A stretch of 64,000 nucleotides of DNA, taken from NCBI GenBank assembly GCA_017540355.1, contig JAFYBE010000091.1, positions 274-64,273 on the forward strand. The letters are read 5' to 3'. This DNA comes from Lachnospiraceae bacterium. Its GTDB lineage: Bacteria > Bacillota > Clostridia > Lachnospirales > Lachnospiraceae. Position 1 is the first letter of the stretch, and every line of letters starts with the position of its first letter. The notes beneath the pieces were generated by a model, which was not told where the DNA came from, searched no databases, and worked only from the letters and a program-made list of their open reading frames with translations. Both the position numbers and the translations under genes were made by a program. This document shows, in pieces, positions 28,725 to 38,009 of this stretch.

Positions 28725-30789
28725 TGGCAATCCCAAACAGATGGTATTCGGTCTCGATATAGGAACGAGAAGTATAGTCGGAACTGTCGGATATAAGCAG
28801 GGCAAGAACTTTGTTGTGGTAGCCCAGTGCAACAAGGAACATGACACACGTTCCATGCTTGACGGACAGATCCATGACATAGGACGCGTTGCGGAGACGA
28901 TATCCGACGTAAAAAGAAGACTGGAGAAGCAGATAGGCGGCGAATTAAAGCGCGTGTGCATAGCGGCAGCCGGACGTGTGCTGCAGACAATGCAGACACA
29001 TTCCGAAGTCGATCTTGAAGAAGAGCGCACGGTTACGGCCGAAGACATATATACGCTTAATTCCGTGGCTATAGAAGATGCATATAAGAAGTTTTTGGAT
29101 GAGAACAAGACGGATATGCATTTCTACTGTGTCGGAAGCAGCGCAGTAAGATATTATCTGAATGATTTCATAATCTCAAATCTTGAGAATCATAAGGCGA
29201 AGGTTATCGGAGTTGATATGATAGCAACCTTCCTTCCCGATGATGTTGTTGACGGTCTGTATAAGTCGGTTGAGATGGCAGGACTTGAGGTGGCCAACCT
29301 TACTTTGGAGCCCATAGCGGCTATCCAGCTTGCGATACCCGAGAGGTTCAGACTTCTTAATATCGCACTTGTTGATGTCGGTGCCGGAACATCGGATATA
29401 TCGGTTACAAAAGACGGTTCGATCATCGCATTCGGCATGATTCCCACGGCGGGTGACAGCCTGACCGAGAGAATCGCAAATCACTGTATGGTTGACTTTA
29501 ACGGTGCGGAGATTATAAAGCGCAAGGCCGATACCGATCAGGTCATCGAATATGAGGACATCATGGGAACCAAGATGACCATCACGCAGAAGCAGATCAA
29601 GACGCTTTTGTCCAAGGATGTGGATGAGATGGCCAAGCTTGCAGCAAGCATGATTAAGGAACTTAACGGCGGTAAAAGTGTGGGCGCCGTGTTTGTCGTA
29701 GGCGGCGGCGGAATGGTACCGGGCTATACGGACAGTCTGGCCAAGAAGCTCGGACTGGCACCCGAAAGAGTAGCCTTAAGAGGAAAGGAAGTTATGCAGG
29801 ATATCATCTTTGAGCATACGGAACTTCCGATAGACTCGCTTTTGGTAACTCCGATAGGTATATGTCTTAACTACTACGAGGAGAGCAATAACTTTATTCT
29901 GGTTAACTTCAACGGAAGCAAGGTTAAGTTATACAACAACAACAATCTGACCGTTATGGATGCTGCGATGCAGACGGAATTCCAGGGCGGAGGATTCTTC
30001 CCCAAGAGCGGACCGGAACTTGAGTTTACGATAAACGGAACAAAGAGACTTATAAGAGGACAGATGGGTGAAGCGGCTGTAATCAAGGTTAACGGAGCAC
30101 TCGCCAATCTCCATTCTCCGATTAAGGAGAACGATATTATAGAAGTTGAGGAGTCAACTGCCGGCGAAGCTGCCCATATGACGATAGGAGAGCTGCCTGA
30201 GTATAAGTCCATACTTACCGTTACGGTTAACGGCAACAGCGTAGATCTTCCGAAGTATGCGTCCGTTAACGGAGAACTTCAGTCCGAATACTATGATATA
30301 GTCAGCGGAGACGAGATAGAGATACTTGACTACTATACGGTTTCGCAGATAGAGACCTTTATGGATATCACGGTTGCGCCCGACAGCGTATGTATGGTCA
30401 ACAATGTGCCTGCGGATGATGACACTAAGGTATATGAGAACTTCACGGTAAGCTGGGAAGTGACCGATGGATTATTTGACACCAGTGCTTATGTAGCCAC
30501 CAATTATGTTGAAGAAGTGATAGAGACGGATGACGATAAGGAAGAGAAGGTCGCTGAGGTTAAGGCCCCGACCGTCAATATCTCAGTCAGTGTCAACAAT
30601 AAACCCGTAGAGCTTAAAGGAAAGAGCAAGTACGTCTTCGTTGATGTCTTTGATGAGATAGACTTTGACAGAACAAAGGCGAAGGGTACTCTGATAACCA
30701 GGATTAACGGTCATGATGCCGAATATATGGAAGAGCTTCATGGCGGTGAGATGATAGAGATTTACTGGGATAAGGACAGAAGATCATGA
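28714..30789 (+). CDS. FtsA/PilM-like actin-fold ATPase with repeated C-terminal domains
   Basis: GLDIGTRS, LEPIAA, LVDVGAGTSD, VVGGGG. About 300-aa extension with repeated beta-rich units. Confidence 0.8.
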   Translation: MADSGNPKQMVFGLDIGTRSIVGTVGYKQGKNFVVVAQCNKEHDTRSMLDGQIHDIGRVAETISDVKRRLEKQIGGELKRVCIAAAGRVLQTMQTHSEVDLEEERTVTAEDIYTLNSVAIEDAYKKFLDENKTDMHFYCVGSSAVRYYLNDFIISNLENHKAKVIGVDMIATFLPDDVVDGLYKSVEMAGLEVANLTLEPIAAIQLAIPERFRLLNIALVDVGAGTSDISVTKDGSIIAFGMIPTAGDSLTERIANHCMVDFNGAEIIKRKADTDQVIEYEDIMGTKMTITQKQIKTLLSKDVDEMAKLAASMIKELNGGKSVGAVFVVGGGGMVPGYTDSLAKKLGLAPERVALRGKEVMQDIIFEHTELPIDSLLVTPIGICLNYYEESNNFILVNFNGSKVKLYNNNNLTVMDAAMQTEFQGGGFFPKSGPELEFTINGTKRLIRGQMGEAAVIKVNGALANLHSPIKENDIIEVEESTAGEAAHMTIGELPEYKSILTVTVNGNSVDLPKYASVNGELQSEYYDIVSGDEIEILDYYTVSQIETFMDITVAPDSVCMVNNVPADDDTKVYENFTVSWEVTDGLFDTSAYVATNYVEEVIETDDDKEEKVAEVKAPTVNISVSVNNKPVELKGKSKYVFVDVFDEIDFDRTKAKGTLITRINGHDAEYMEELHGGEMIEIYWDKDRRS

Positions 30790-31583
30790 GAATGTGTCCC
30801 ATAGCCAGCGGAAGCAGCGGCAACTCAATATATGTGGGAAGCAACAATACTCACATCCTTGTCGATGCGGGTATCAGTAAAAAGAGGCTGGAAGACGGAC
30901 TTAAGCAGACAGGGCTTAAGGGAGGAGACATAGATGCCATCCTCATCACGCATGAGCATGCCGATCACATCCAGGGACTGGGTGTGTTCACAAGGAAGTA
31001 TCCCGTACCGATATACGGAACTGCAGCCACCCTTAGGCAGATACAGCTGAACAGAGCACTCGGATATATTCCGCCGGAGCTCTTTGTGGAGATAAAGCCG
31101 GATAGGGAGTTTAAACTTGGTGACATCAGTGTCAGTTCCATGAGGATATCTCATGATGCGGCAGATCCCGTAGCATACAGTTTTAGCTGCGGGGACAAAA
31201 GAATGGCAATTGCCACGGATATGGGCGGATATAACGACTATATCACGGAGCATCTTAAGGGCATGGATGTGCTGCTTTTGGAGGCCAATCACGACATAAG
31301 AATGCTTCAGGTGGGCCCCTATCCTTATCAGCTTAAGCAGCGTATTCTTTCAGAACGCGGTCATTTGTCCAACGAGGCAGCCGGAAGGCTTTTAAGCGAC
31401 GTTGCCTGTGACAGATTACAGACGATAATCTTAGGACATTTAAGTAAAGAGAACAATCTTCCGGAACTTGCCTATGAGACGGTAAGACTTGAGATAGAGA
31501 CGGGTGATAACGAATATCACGCCAATGATTTTGAGATGTTGGTTGCCAAAAGAAGCGAGCCGACACGGATGATAGAATTTTAA
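30786..31583 (+). CDS. MBL-fold hydrolase, YycJ/WalJ-like
   Basis: ASGSSGN, THEHADH, SHDAADP, EANHD, GHLSN, HLSKENN. Confidence 0.88.
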   Translation: MRMCPIASGSSGNSIYVGSNNTHILVDAGISKKRLEDGLKQTGLKGGDIDAILITHEHADHIQGLGVFTRKYPVPIYGTAATLRQIQLNRALGYIPPELFVEIKPDREFKLGDISVSSMRISHDAADPVAYSFSCGDKRMAIATDMGGYNDYITEHLKGMDVLLLEANHDIRMLQVGPYPYQLKQRILSERGHLSNEAAGRLLSDVACDRLQTIILGHLSKENNLPELAYETVRLEIETGDNEYHANDFEMLVAKRSEPTRMIEF

Positions 31584-31602
31584 TATCAAGGAGAGTATAA
31601 AT

Positions 31603-32319
31603 TTGGGAAAGAAATATAAGGCTATACTTTATGATATGGACGGAACTCTTGTGCCTATGGACATGAAGGAATTCACTGACGGGTATTTTAAGCTTCTGGC
31701 CAAGAGGCTTGCACCTTACAATATCCCCACGGATAAACTTATCGATTCCATATGGAAGGGTACGGCAGCCATGGTTCGTAACGACGGAAGCCGCGAGAAT
31801 ATAGAAGCCTTTTGGGAAGTGTTCTATAAGCTTACCGGAGTGACGGATAAGAGCATAGAGGCCGAGTGCGATTCGTTTTACGGAATGGAATTTAAGGGAG
31901 CCAAGGCTTTCACACAGGATAATCCCCTGGCAACCGAAGCGGTGAAGATATCGCGTGATAAAGCAGATGTGGTTGCTTTGGCCACAAATCCGCTTTTCCC
32001 CATGCCGGGTCAGGTTACGAGAATGGAATGGGTGGGGCTTAAGCCCGAAGATTTTGAACTTGTGACATCATATGAGACGGACAACTTCTGTAAGCCTAAT
32101 CCGAAGTATTTTGAGACCGTATGCGAGAGACTGGGTGTTGAACCTTCCGAGTGCCTGATGATAGGCAATGACGAAGAAGAAGACATGTACGCCGCATGTA
32201 CGGTATGCGGGATGGACGGATTTTTGGTGACGGATACGATGATACCGAGTAAGGATCATCCGTGGGACGGACCGAGAGGAAGTTTTGAAGAACTTGTACA
32301 AATGCTTAAGAACTTGTAA
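31603..32319 (+). CDS. HAD family hydrolase
   Basis: DMDGTL, LATNP, KPNP, MIGND; TTG start after a GGAG RBS. Confidence 0.88.
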   Translation: MGKKYKAILYDMDGTLVPMDMKEFTDGYFKLLAKRLAPYNIPTDKLIDSIWKGTAAMVRNDGSRENIEAFWEVFYKLTGVTDKSIEAECDSFYGMEFKGAKAFTQDNPLATEAVKISRDKADVVALATNPLFPMPGQVTRMEWVGLKPEDFELVTSYETDNFCKPNPKYFETVCERLGVEPSECLMIGNDEEEDMYAACTVCGMDGFLVTDTMIPSKDHPWDGPRGSFEELVQMLKNL

Positions 32320-32348
32320 TCAATACATACAGAATGGAGTGAAGAATT

Positions 32349-32621
32349 ATGAAAAAAACAATAATAACCGTAGTCGGACATGATGCGGTAGGAATAATCG
32401 CCAAGGTGTGCACATACCTGGCAGACAACGGAATCAATATCCTTGATATTTCTCAGACCATCGTACAGGGATGGTTTAATATGATGATGATTACCGACTT
32501 TTCTAAAGCAACCAAGCCATTCGGAGATATTGCAGAAGAACTCGAGAAACTCGGTGAGGATATCGGTGTGCAGATTAAGTGTCAGAGCGAGGACATATTC
32601 TCTGCTATGCACAGGATATAA
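32349..32621 (+). CDS. Stand-alone ACT domain protein (UPF0237-like)
   Basis: IITVVGHDAVGIIAKV, NILDISQT, IFSAMHRI; precedes DUF711. Confidence 0.9.
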   Translation: MKKTIITVVGHDAVGIIAKVCTYLADNGINILDISQTIVQGWFNMMMITDFSKATKPFGDIAEELEKLGEDIGVQIKCQSEDIFSAMHRI

Positions 32622-32694
32622 CAAACTTATGCGCTCACTGCAAGGGCAGTTTCGCCGTGAGTTAGTAATATCCCTGCTTTGGCTGCGCCAAAGC
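32614..32694. repeat. Structured intergenic element, copy A
   Basis: 34/43 nt identical to 45936-45978. Long interrupted hairpin GGATAT...ATATCC plus hairpin GCTTTGGC-TGC-GCCAAAGC. Confidence 0.75.
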
Positions 32695-32718
32695 CACGAA
32701 TAATGGAGAAAAAGGTTT

Positions 32719-34083
32719 ATGATTAATATATTTGAAGTAGAAGAGACTAATAAGATGATCGAGAGGGAGAATCTCGACGTGAGGACAATCACGCTGGGAA
32801 TCAGCCTGCACGATTGTATATCGGATGATCTTAATAAGCTGTGTGACAATATATTCAATAAGATCACAACGGTGGCTAAGGACCTGGTTAAGACGGGTGA
32901 AGAGATATCCACGGAGCTCGGTGTTCCGATAGTTAATAAGAGAATATCCGTAACACCAATAGGACTTATCGGCGCTGCCGCATGTAAGAGTACGGACGAT
33001 TTCGTTAAGATCGCGCTTACGCTTGATAAGGCGGCTAAGGCAGTCGGGGTCAATTTTATCGGAGGATATACCGCTCTTGCAGCCAAGGGGATGACGAAGG
33101 CCGAAGAGATGCTTATAAGATCTATTCCAAAGGCTTTGGCATCAACAGAAAGGATAATGAGCTCGGTGGTATTGGGATCCACACGTACGGGTCTTAATAT
33201 GGACGGTGTAAGACTCATGGGTGACATCATCAAGGAGACTGCCGAAGCTACTAAGGATAATGATTCGATAGGCTGTACAAAGCTTGTTGTGCTTTGCAAC
33301 GCACCTGATGACAATCCTTTCATGGCAGGAGCATTCCACGGAGTGACTGAGACCGATTCGATAATCAATGTCGGAGTCAGCGGACCGGGTGTTGTAAAGC
33401 ATGTATTGCAGAGCGTTCACGGTGAGTCATTTGAAGTGCTTTGTGAGACAATTAAAAAGACAGCGTTTAAAGTAACGAGAGTCGGCCAGCTTGTAGCAAA
33501 AGAAGCGAGCGAACGCCTCGGAATTCCTTTCGGTATAGTGGATTTATCGCTTGCTCCCACACCTGCGATCGGTGATTCCGTTGCAGACATTTTATGTGAG
33601 ATGGGACTTGAGCAGACAGGCGCTCCCGGTACTACGGCAGCCCTTGCGCTGTTAAACGATCAGGTTAAAAAGGGAGGTGTGATGGCATCGTCATATGTAG
33701 GAGGTCTTTCGGGTGCATTCATTCCCGTCAGTGAAGACCAGGGTATGATAGATGCGGTTGAGGCCGGAGCACTTACGATAGAGAAACTTGAGGCTATGAC
33801 ATGCGTATGTTCCGTAGGTCTTGATATGATAGCGATACCCGGAGACACACCAAATACAACGATATCGGGAATAATAGCGGATGAGCTTGCAATCGGTATG
33901 ATCAATCAGAAGACAACTGCCGTTCGTATCATCCCCGTAATCGGCAAGGGAGTGGGAGACAATGTTGAATTCGGCGGACTGTTGGGATATGCACCGATAA
34001 TGCCTGTTAATAAGTTCGGGTGTGCGGACTTTGTAAATCGCGGCGGAAGGATACCCGCACCCATACATTCATTCAAGAATTAG
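32719..34083 (+). CDS. UPF0210/DUF711 (PFL-like) family protein
   Basis: [66 protein letters not shown]. Confidence 0.92.
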   Translation: MINIFEVEETNKMIERENLDVRTITLGISLHDCISDDLNKLCDNIFNKITTVAKDLVKTGEEISTELGVPIVNKRISVTPIGLIGAAACKSTDDFVKIALTLDKAAKAVGVNFIGGYTALAAKGMTKAEEMLIRSIPKALASTERIMSSVVLGSTRTGLNMDGVRLMGDIIKETAEATKDNDSIGCTKLVVLCNAPDDNPFMAGAFHGVTETDSIINVGVSGPGVVKHVLQSVHGESFEVLCETIKKTAFKVTRVGQLVAKEASERLGIPFGIVDLSLAPTPAIGDSVADILCEMGLEQTGAPGTTAALALLNDQVKKGGVMASSYVGGLSGAFIPVSEDQGMIDAVEAGALTIEKLEAMTCVCSVGLDMIAIPGDTPNTTISGIIADELAIGMINQKTTAVRIIPVIGKGVGDNVEFGGLLGYAPIMPVNKFGCADFVNRGGRIPAPIHSFKN

Positions 34084-34120
34084 TTCTTTTGGAAATAAAC
34101 TATAAAACGGAGGTTACATC

Positions 34121-35125
34121 ATGGGAGATTATATTGACAAGATTAAGGAAAGAGCAAGAAGCGACATCAAGACGATTGTTCTGCCTGAGACAACTGATAA
34201 GAGAACTCTTATCGCTGCGTCTCATATCATCAAGGAAGGAATAGCCGATATCATTCTTGTCGGTAATGAGGAGAAAATCCTTGACGGTGCCGGATGGCTG
34301 GATATTGAGCTTGACGGTGCCAAGATAATAGATCCGAAAAATACGGATAAGCTGGATGAATATGTCGACCTTTTATATGAGGTACGTAAGGCCAAGGGCA
34401 TGACTCCCGAAAAGGCAAGAGAGACGCTTCTTTCCGACAATCTTACCTTCGGCGTTATGATGGTTAAGGCCAATGATGCTGACGGTATGGTGGCCGGTGC
34501 CTGCCATGCCACGGCAGATACTTTGCGTCCCGCGCTTCAGATCCTTAAGACCGCTCCGGGAACCAAGCTTGTAAGCGGTTTTTTTATAATGGATGTACCG
34601 GATTGTGACATGGGATATAACGGAACCTTCCTCTTTGCGGACTGCGGACTTAATCAGGATCCGGGTCCCGAGGAACTTGCGGCGATCGCCGACACCTCTG
34701 CCAAGTCGTTTAAGAATCTTGTGGGTGCAAAGCCTATAATCGCTATGCTTTCACATTCGACTAAGGGAAGTGCAAAGCATCCGCTTGTAGATAAGATGGT
34801 CGAGGCTACACGTATAGCCCATGAGCAGTATCCGAACCTTGTAATCGACGGAGAACTTCAGACCGATGCCGCAATTGTACCTATGGTTGCCAAGGCCAAG
34901 GCTCCGGATTCGGAGATAGGCGGAAGAGCCAATGTGCTTATCTTCCCCAATCTTGATGCCGGCAATATCGGATATAAACTTGTACAGAGACTGGGAAAAG
35001 CGGAAGCCTACGGACCGATGCTTCAGGGTCTTGCAAAGCCCGTGAACGACCTGTCAAGAGGATGTTCATGGGAAGACGTGGTAGGTGTTGTTGCACTTAC
35101 TGCGGTACAGGCACAGCTGGTATAA
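34121..35125 (+). CDS. pta: Phosphate acetyltransferase
   Basis: IVLPE, LRPALQI, FADC, SHSTKGS, DGELQ, FPNLDAGNIGYK, PVNDLSRG. Confidence 0.96.
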   Translation: MGDYIDKIKERARSDIKTIVLPETTDKRTLIAASHIIKEGIADIILVGNEEKILDGAGWLDIELDGAKIIDPKNTDKLDEYVDLLYEVRKAKGMTPEKARETLLSDNLTFGVMMVKANDADGMVAGACHATADTLRPALQILKTAPGTKLVSGFFIMDVPDCDMGYNGTFLFADCGLNQDPGPEELAAIADTSAKSFKNLVGAKPIIAMLSHSTKGSAKHPLVDKMVEATRIAHEQYPNLVIDGELQTDAAIVPMVAKAKAPDSEIGGRANVLIFPNLDAGNIGYKLVQRLGKAEAYGPMLQGLAKPVNDLSRGCSWEDVVGVVALTAVQAQLV

Positions 35126-35159
35126 TTACCGATATAAAGAACAGAGAATATATGATAAC

Positions 35160-35189
35160 AAAAAGAGCAACCGTGCGGTTGCTCTTTTT
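35160..35189. terminator. Bidirectional terminator between pta and tmcAL
   Basis: AAAAGAGCAACC-GTGC-GGTTGCTCTTTT. Confidence 0.85.
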
Positions 35190-36366
35190 AATCGGTAATT
35201 ACTATCTGGCGTTCATATTCGTTATGTATCTTTGTATGATATTTATCCGTGACTGCAGCTTCATATATGTGTGCCGATGCAATGTCCGTCTCAAGGCAGG
35301 AGTGGATGTCGGAATCGGCAAGCTTGGTGACAAGCGGTATGTGGCTGTTCTTCTTAATCTGTGTAAGCAGCGGTTCTGCCGACTTTCTAAAGCCCAATAC
35401 TCTGGCATAGGGTGCCACCATGGGGATATTACCCGGGATTCCCAACATGATATGTGTTAAGAGTCTGCTTACGCTTGTATGCGTGATGTTCTTGCTCTTC
35501 ATTACATCAATGAAGGAATCAAAGTCGATATATTCATTCCTGCATGATGATAATCTGTTACCAAACGGTCCGGTCACATCCAGAAAACCGGTAAAATCCG
35601 TCTCGTTAATGAGTCTGTAATGCAGGAAAGAACTGAAGTCTTTACGATACATAAGCCCGGCTTCTTTTAAAATCTTTACGCTTGGTGAGGGCATATGTTT
35701 AAGTAACAGTTCTTCATCAAAGGTTTCGCTCAGTAAAAGTCTTATGGCGGAAGCGGAACTCATGCCGTCCACATCAAGTTCGGTCTCACTGTAATCCGAA
35801 CCCTTTCGGGTAATGGCCCTGGGCTTCATTGCAGAGCGTAAATCTTTGATGGCACGACAATACTCTATGGCAAGGATGGTGTTCGGCTTGTCCAAGTTGG
35901 TAAGCTTATCCGGGGCGTAGTACAGTTCGAGTGCTTTTGCCCGGGCAAGAGGATAAGAATAACCCTTGCGAAGATAGTCATCCAAAGTCGCATCGTAAAG
36001 CGCAGGCGGATCGGTTAAAAATTCCGCGAGGCTTAATACGGTCTCTTCGCTGCCTTCTTCCACGCCGAATGCAAGTTCATCGACCACGCCGAGGTTGTTA
36101 AGCAAAGATACGCCCCCTTTGGCAAAACGTCCGGCATCCGCAGTTGCATAGACAACAGGCAGTTCCAAAACAAGGTCCACGCCGCCTGACAGAGCCATGG
36201 CTGTCCTTGCGTACTTGTCGACTATAGCAGGCTCTCCGCGCTGGGTAAAGTCGCCGCTTAAGACCGCAATAATGTAATCACTGCCGCTTTCTCTTACAGT
36301 GTCAATCTGATATTGGTGTCCGTTATGGAACGGATTGTACTCCGCGATTATTCCCGTTATCTTCAT
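35188..36366 (-). CDS. tmcAL: tRNA(Met) cytidine acetate ligase (YlbM family nucleotidyltransferase)
   Basis: GIIAEYNPFHNGH, SGDFTQRGEP, PNTILAIEY, SASAIR, YARVLGF. Confidence 0.9.
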   Translation of the reverse strand: MKITGIIAEYNPFHNGHQYQIDTVRESGSDYIIAVLSGDFTQRGEPAIVDKYARTAMALSGGVDLVLELPVVYATADAGRFAKGGVSLLNNLGVVDELAFGVEEGSEETVLSLAEFLTDPPALYDATLDDYLRKGYSYPLARAKALELYYAPDKLTNLDKPNTILAIEYCRAIKDLRSAMKPRAITRKGSDYSETELDVDGMSSASAIRLLLSETFDEELLLKHMPSPSVKILKEAGLMYRKDFSSFLHYRLINETDFTGFLDVTGPFGNRLSSCRNEYIDFDSFIDVMKSKNITHTSVSRLLTHIMLGIPGNIPMVAPYARVLGFRKSAEPLLTQIKKNSHIPLVTKLADSDIHSCLETDIASAHIYEAAVTDKYHTKIHNEYERQIVITD

Positions 36367-36439
36367 AATATTAATATAACACATTTGTTACACTTGATGG
36401 TGTATAATTACTTTAAATACCGTAAAAAGCGATATTTGA

Positions 36440-36468
36440 TTGACATTTTCGGTAATTAAGAATAGAAT
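36440..36468 (+). promoter_or_regulatory. SigA-type promoter upstream of the flagellin-like gene
   Basis: TTGACA-17 nt-TAGAAT. Confidence 0.7.
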
Positions 36469-36533
36469 AAATGTACGCAGGTAGTACTTTTGTACACAGT
36501 TTTCGACTTCTGACAAGGACGGAAGGAGGGCAT

Positions 36534-37208
36534 ATGGCAGGAATAAGCGGATTAGGCGGAGTTAACGCGTATAAGAATAATTACGACAAGTCTCTGTACG
36601 GCAAGATTGCGAGCGGCAATAAGCTTTTAAGAGCTGCAGACGGTGCGTCTGAGTTAGCTATCGCGCAGAAGATGGAGACCCAGATCAGGACGCAGGAAGC
36701 GCTTGCACAGAATGCGGCTATGGATCAGGCCTATCAGAATATCAAGGATTCCGGACTTGCAGGCATCACGGATTATGCACAGAGCATCAGTGAACTGTCT
36801 ATAAGACAGATGAACGGTACGATGTCGGCAAGCGACAAGATGGCAATACAGGACCAGATAGATCAGTATTCTGCGGGTATCAATGATATGACATCGCAGA
36901 CCAAGTACAATGAGTCATATGTGCTTAAGGATTTCAGTGTATCCGGTTCACCTTCCGATATGATTGCTCAGACGGTATCCGCAAGGAGTGGCGTAGGTGC
37001 CAAGACCAACGGACTGGAGCACAGCATAAGAGCCAGTCAGATATCGGTTGAGAATACAACAGCTGCCAAAAGCCGTATAGCGGATACGGACATTGCCAAG
37101 GCAAGTTCGAAGCTTAAGAAGCAGCAGGTATTGCGTGACTATCAGACCATGATGCAGAAGCGCAGAATGGATGATGAGAAGAAGAAGGCACAGGGCTTAT
37201 TCATGTAG
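36534..37208 (+). CDS. Minimal divergent flagellin-like protein (224 aa)
   Basis: KIASGNKLLRAADGASELAIAQKM (flagellin N domain); RSGVGAKTNGLEH..ENTTAAKSRIADTDIA (flagellin C domain); AGGAGG RBS. Confidence 0.8.
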   Translation: MAGISGLGGVNAYKNNYDKSLYGKIASGNKLLRAADGASELAIAQKMETQIRTQEALAQNAAMDQAYQNIKDSGLAGITDYAQSISELSIRQMNGTMSASDKMAIQDQIDQYSAGINDMTSQTKYNESYVLKDFSVSGSPSDMIAQTVSARSGVGAKTNGLEHSIRASQISVENTTAAKSRIADTDIAKASSKLKKQQVLRDYQTMMQKRRMDDEKKKAQGLFM

Positions 37209-37242
37209 GGCCGGCTTTGACTCGGATATGATGATTTTTATG

Positions 37243-37269
37243 GCGCTCACCGATCGGTGAGCGCTTTTT
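37243..37269 (+). terminator. Intrinsic terminator after the flagellin-like gene
   Basis: GCGCTCACC-GATC-GGTGAGCGC-TTTTT. Confidence 0.85.
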
Positions 37270-37290
37270 ATGAAAACTGATAAAAAACTG

Positions 37291-37320
37291 TTGACAAAGG
37301 GTGGTAAAGCACCATATAAT
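37291..37320 (+). promoter_or_regulatory. SigA promoter of rpmF
   Basis: TTGACA-18 nt-TATAAT with an A-rich upstream element. Confidence 0.8.
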
Positions 37321-37378
37321 ACATAGGCGCGTGTATGGCGCATATATTTGATTGTTAACTCTCAAAGGAGGTGTAGAT

Positions 37379-37558
37379 ATGTCAATTTGTCCTAAGAATA
37401 AATCTTCAAAGGGAAGAAGAGATAAGAGAAGAGCTAATTGGAAGATGACAGCTCCGACTCTTGTTAAGTGCAGCAAGTGCGGTGCTCTGATGGTTCCCCA
37501 CAGAGTATGTAAGGCATGCGGTTCTTATAACAAGAAGGAGATCGTTGCTGTAGATTAA
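37379..37558 (+). CDS. rpmF: 50S ribosomal protein L32 (Zn-binding form)
   Basis: PKNKSSKGRRDKRR, CSKC..PHRVCKACGSY; AAGGAGGTG RBS. Confidence 0.96.
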   Translation: MSICPKNKSSKGRRDKRRANWKMTAPTLVKCSKCGALMVPHRVCKACGSYNKKEIVAVD

Positions 37559-37578
37559 TCTTTGCGAATAGGCATTTT

Positions 37579-37613
37579 GACGACTATGGGATTCCCGTAG
37601 TCGTTATTTTTTT
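37579..37613 (+). terminator. Intrinsic terminator after rpmF
   Basis: GACGACTATGGG-ATT-CCCGTAGTCGTT followed by a T run. Confidence 0.8.
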
Positions 37614-37615
37614 AC

Positions 37616-37652
37616 AAAAAAGGCCGTGCCGGATATTCCGATACGGCCTTTT
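37616..37652 (-). terminator. Terminator downstream of tRNA-Gly
   Basis: AAAAAAGGCCGT...ACGGCCTTTT inverted repeat; reads as a T tail on the minus strand. Confidence 0.7.
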
Positions 37653-37653
37653 A

Positions 37654-37724
37654 AGCAGGCGACGGGAGTCGAACCCGCCTATTCAGCTTGGGAAGCTGAC
37701 ATTCTACCGATGAACTACGCCTGC
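37654..37724 (-). tRNA. tRNA-Gly (anticodon CCC), CCA not encoded
   Basis: Minus strand: GCAGGCGTAGTTCATCGGTAGAATGTCAGCTTCCCAAGCTGAATAGGCGGGTTCGACTCCCGTCGCCTGCT. Acceptor GCAGGCG/CGCCTGC, anticodon arm TCAGC-TTCCCAA-GCTGA, T-loop GTTCGA. Confidence 0.96.
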
Positions 37725-37733
37725 ACCAGCTTG

Positions 37734-37930
37734 ACGCTGCGCTTACAAGCCTACAAAGGTGCGGAGCACCTTTGTCACGCAATACGCTGCGCTTACAAGC
37801 CTACAAAGGTGCGGAGCACCTATGTAACGCAATACGCTGCGCTTACAAGCCTACAAAGGTGCGGAGCACCTTTGTCACGCAATACGCTGCGCTTACAACC
37901 CTATAAAGGTGCAGAGCACTTTTGTCACGC
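37734..37930. repeat. Tandem array of about four 50-bp hairpin-containing units
   Basis: Unit ACGCTGCGCTTACAAGCCTACAAAGGTGCGGAGCACCTTTGTCACGCAAT at 37734, 37784, 37834 and 37884. Internal palindrome ACAAAGGTGC-GGA-GCACCTTTGT. No spacers. Confidence 0.95.
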
Positions 37931-38009
37931 TTTTGCACAGGAAATATAATACCATAAATCATTAGGGTGTGGTACAATGAATTCCAACAGTCTAAGTAAG
38001 GGGACAATT

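Noticed and set aside
32256-33368. 370-aa minus-strand ORF
   Set aside because: Antisense shadow of the ACT and DUF711 genes with no recognisable motifs.
37654-37724. tRNA-Gly as an integration site of an island
   Set aside because: No integrase and no duplicated tRNA 3' end were seen; the flanks are core genes (rpmF, proA, plsX).
37734-37930. CRISPR array
   Set aside because: The units are contiguous and near-identical over the full 50 bp, with no unique spacers, and there are no cas genes in the window.
37626-37949. 107-aa ORF with repeated peptide
   Set aside because: It is a translation of the antisense tRNA plus the 50-bp repeats. The period is not a multiple of 3 and there is no RBS.
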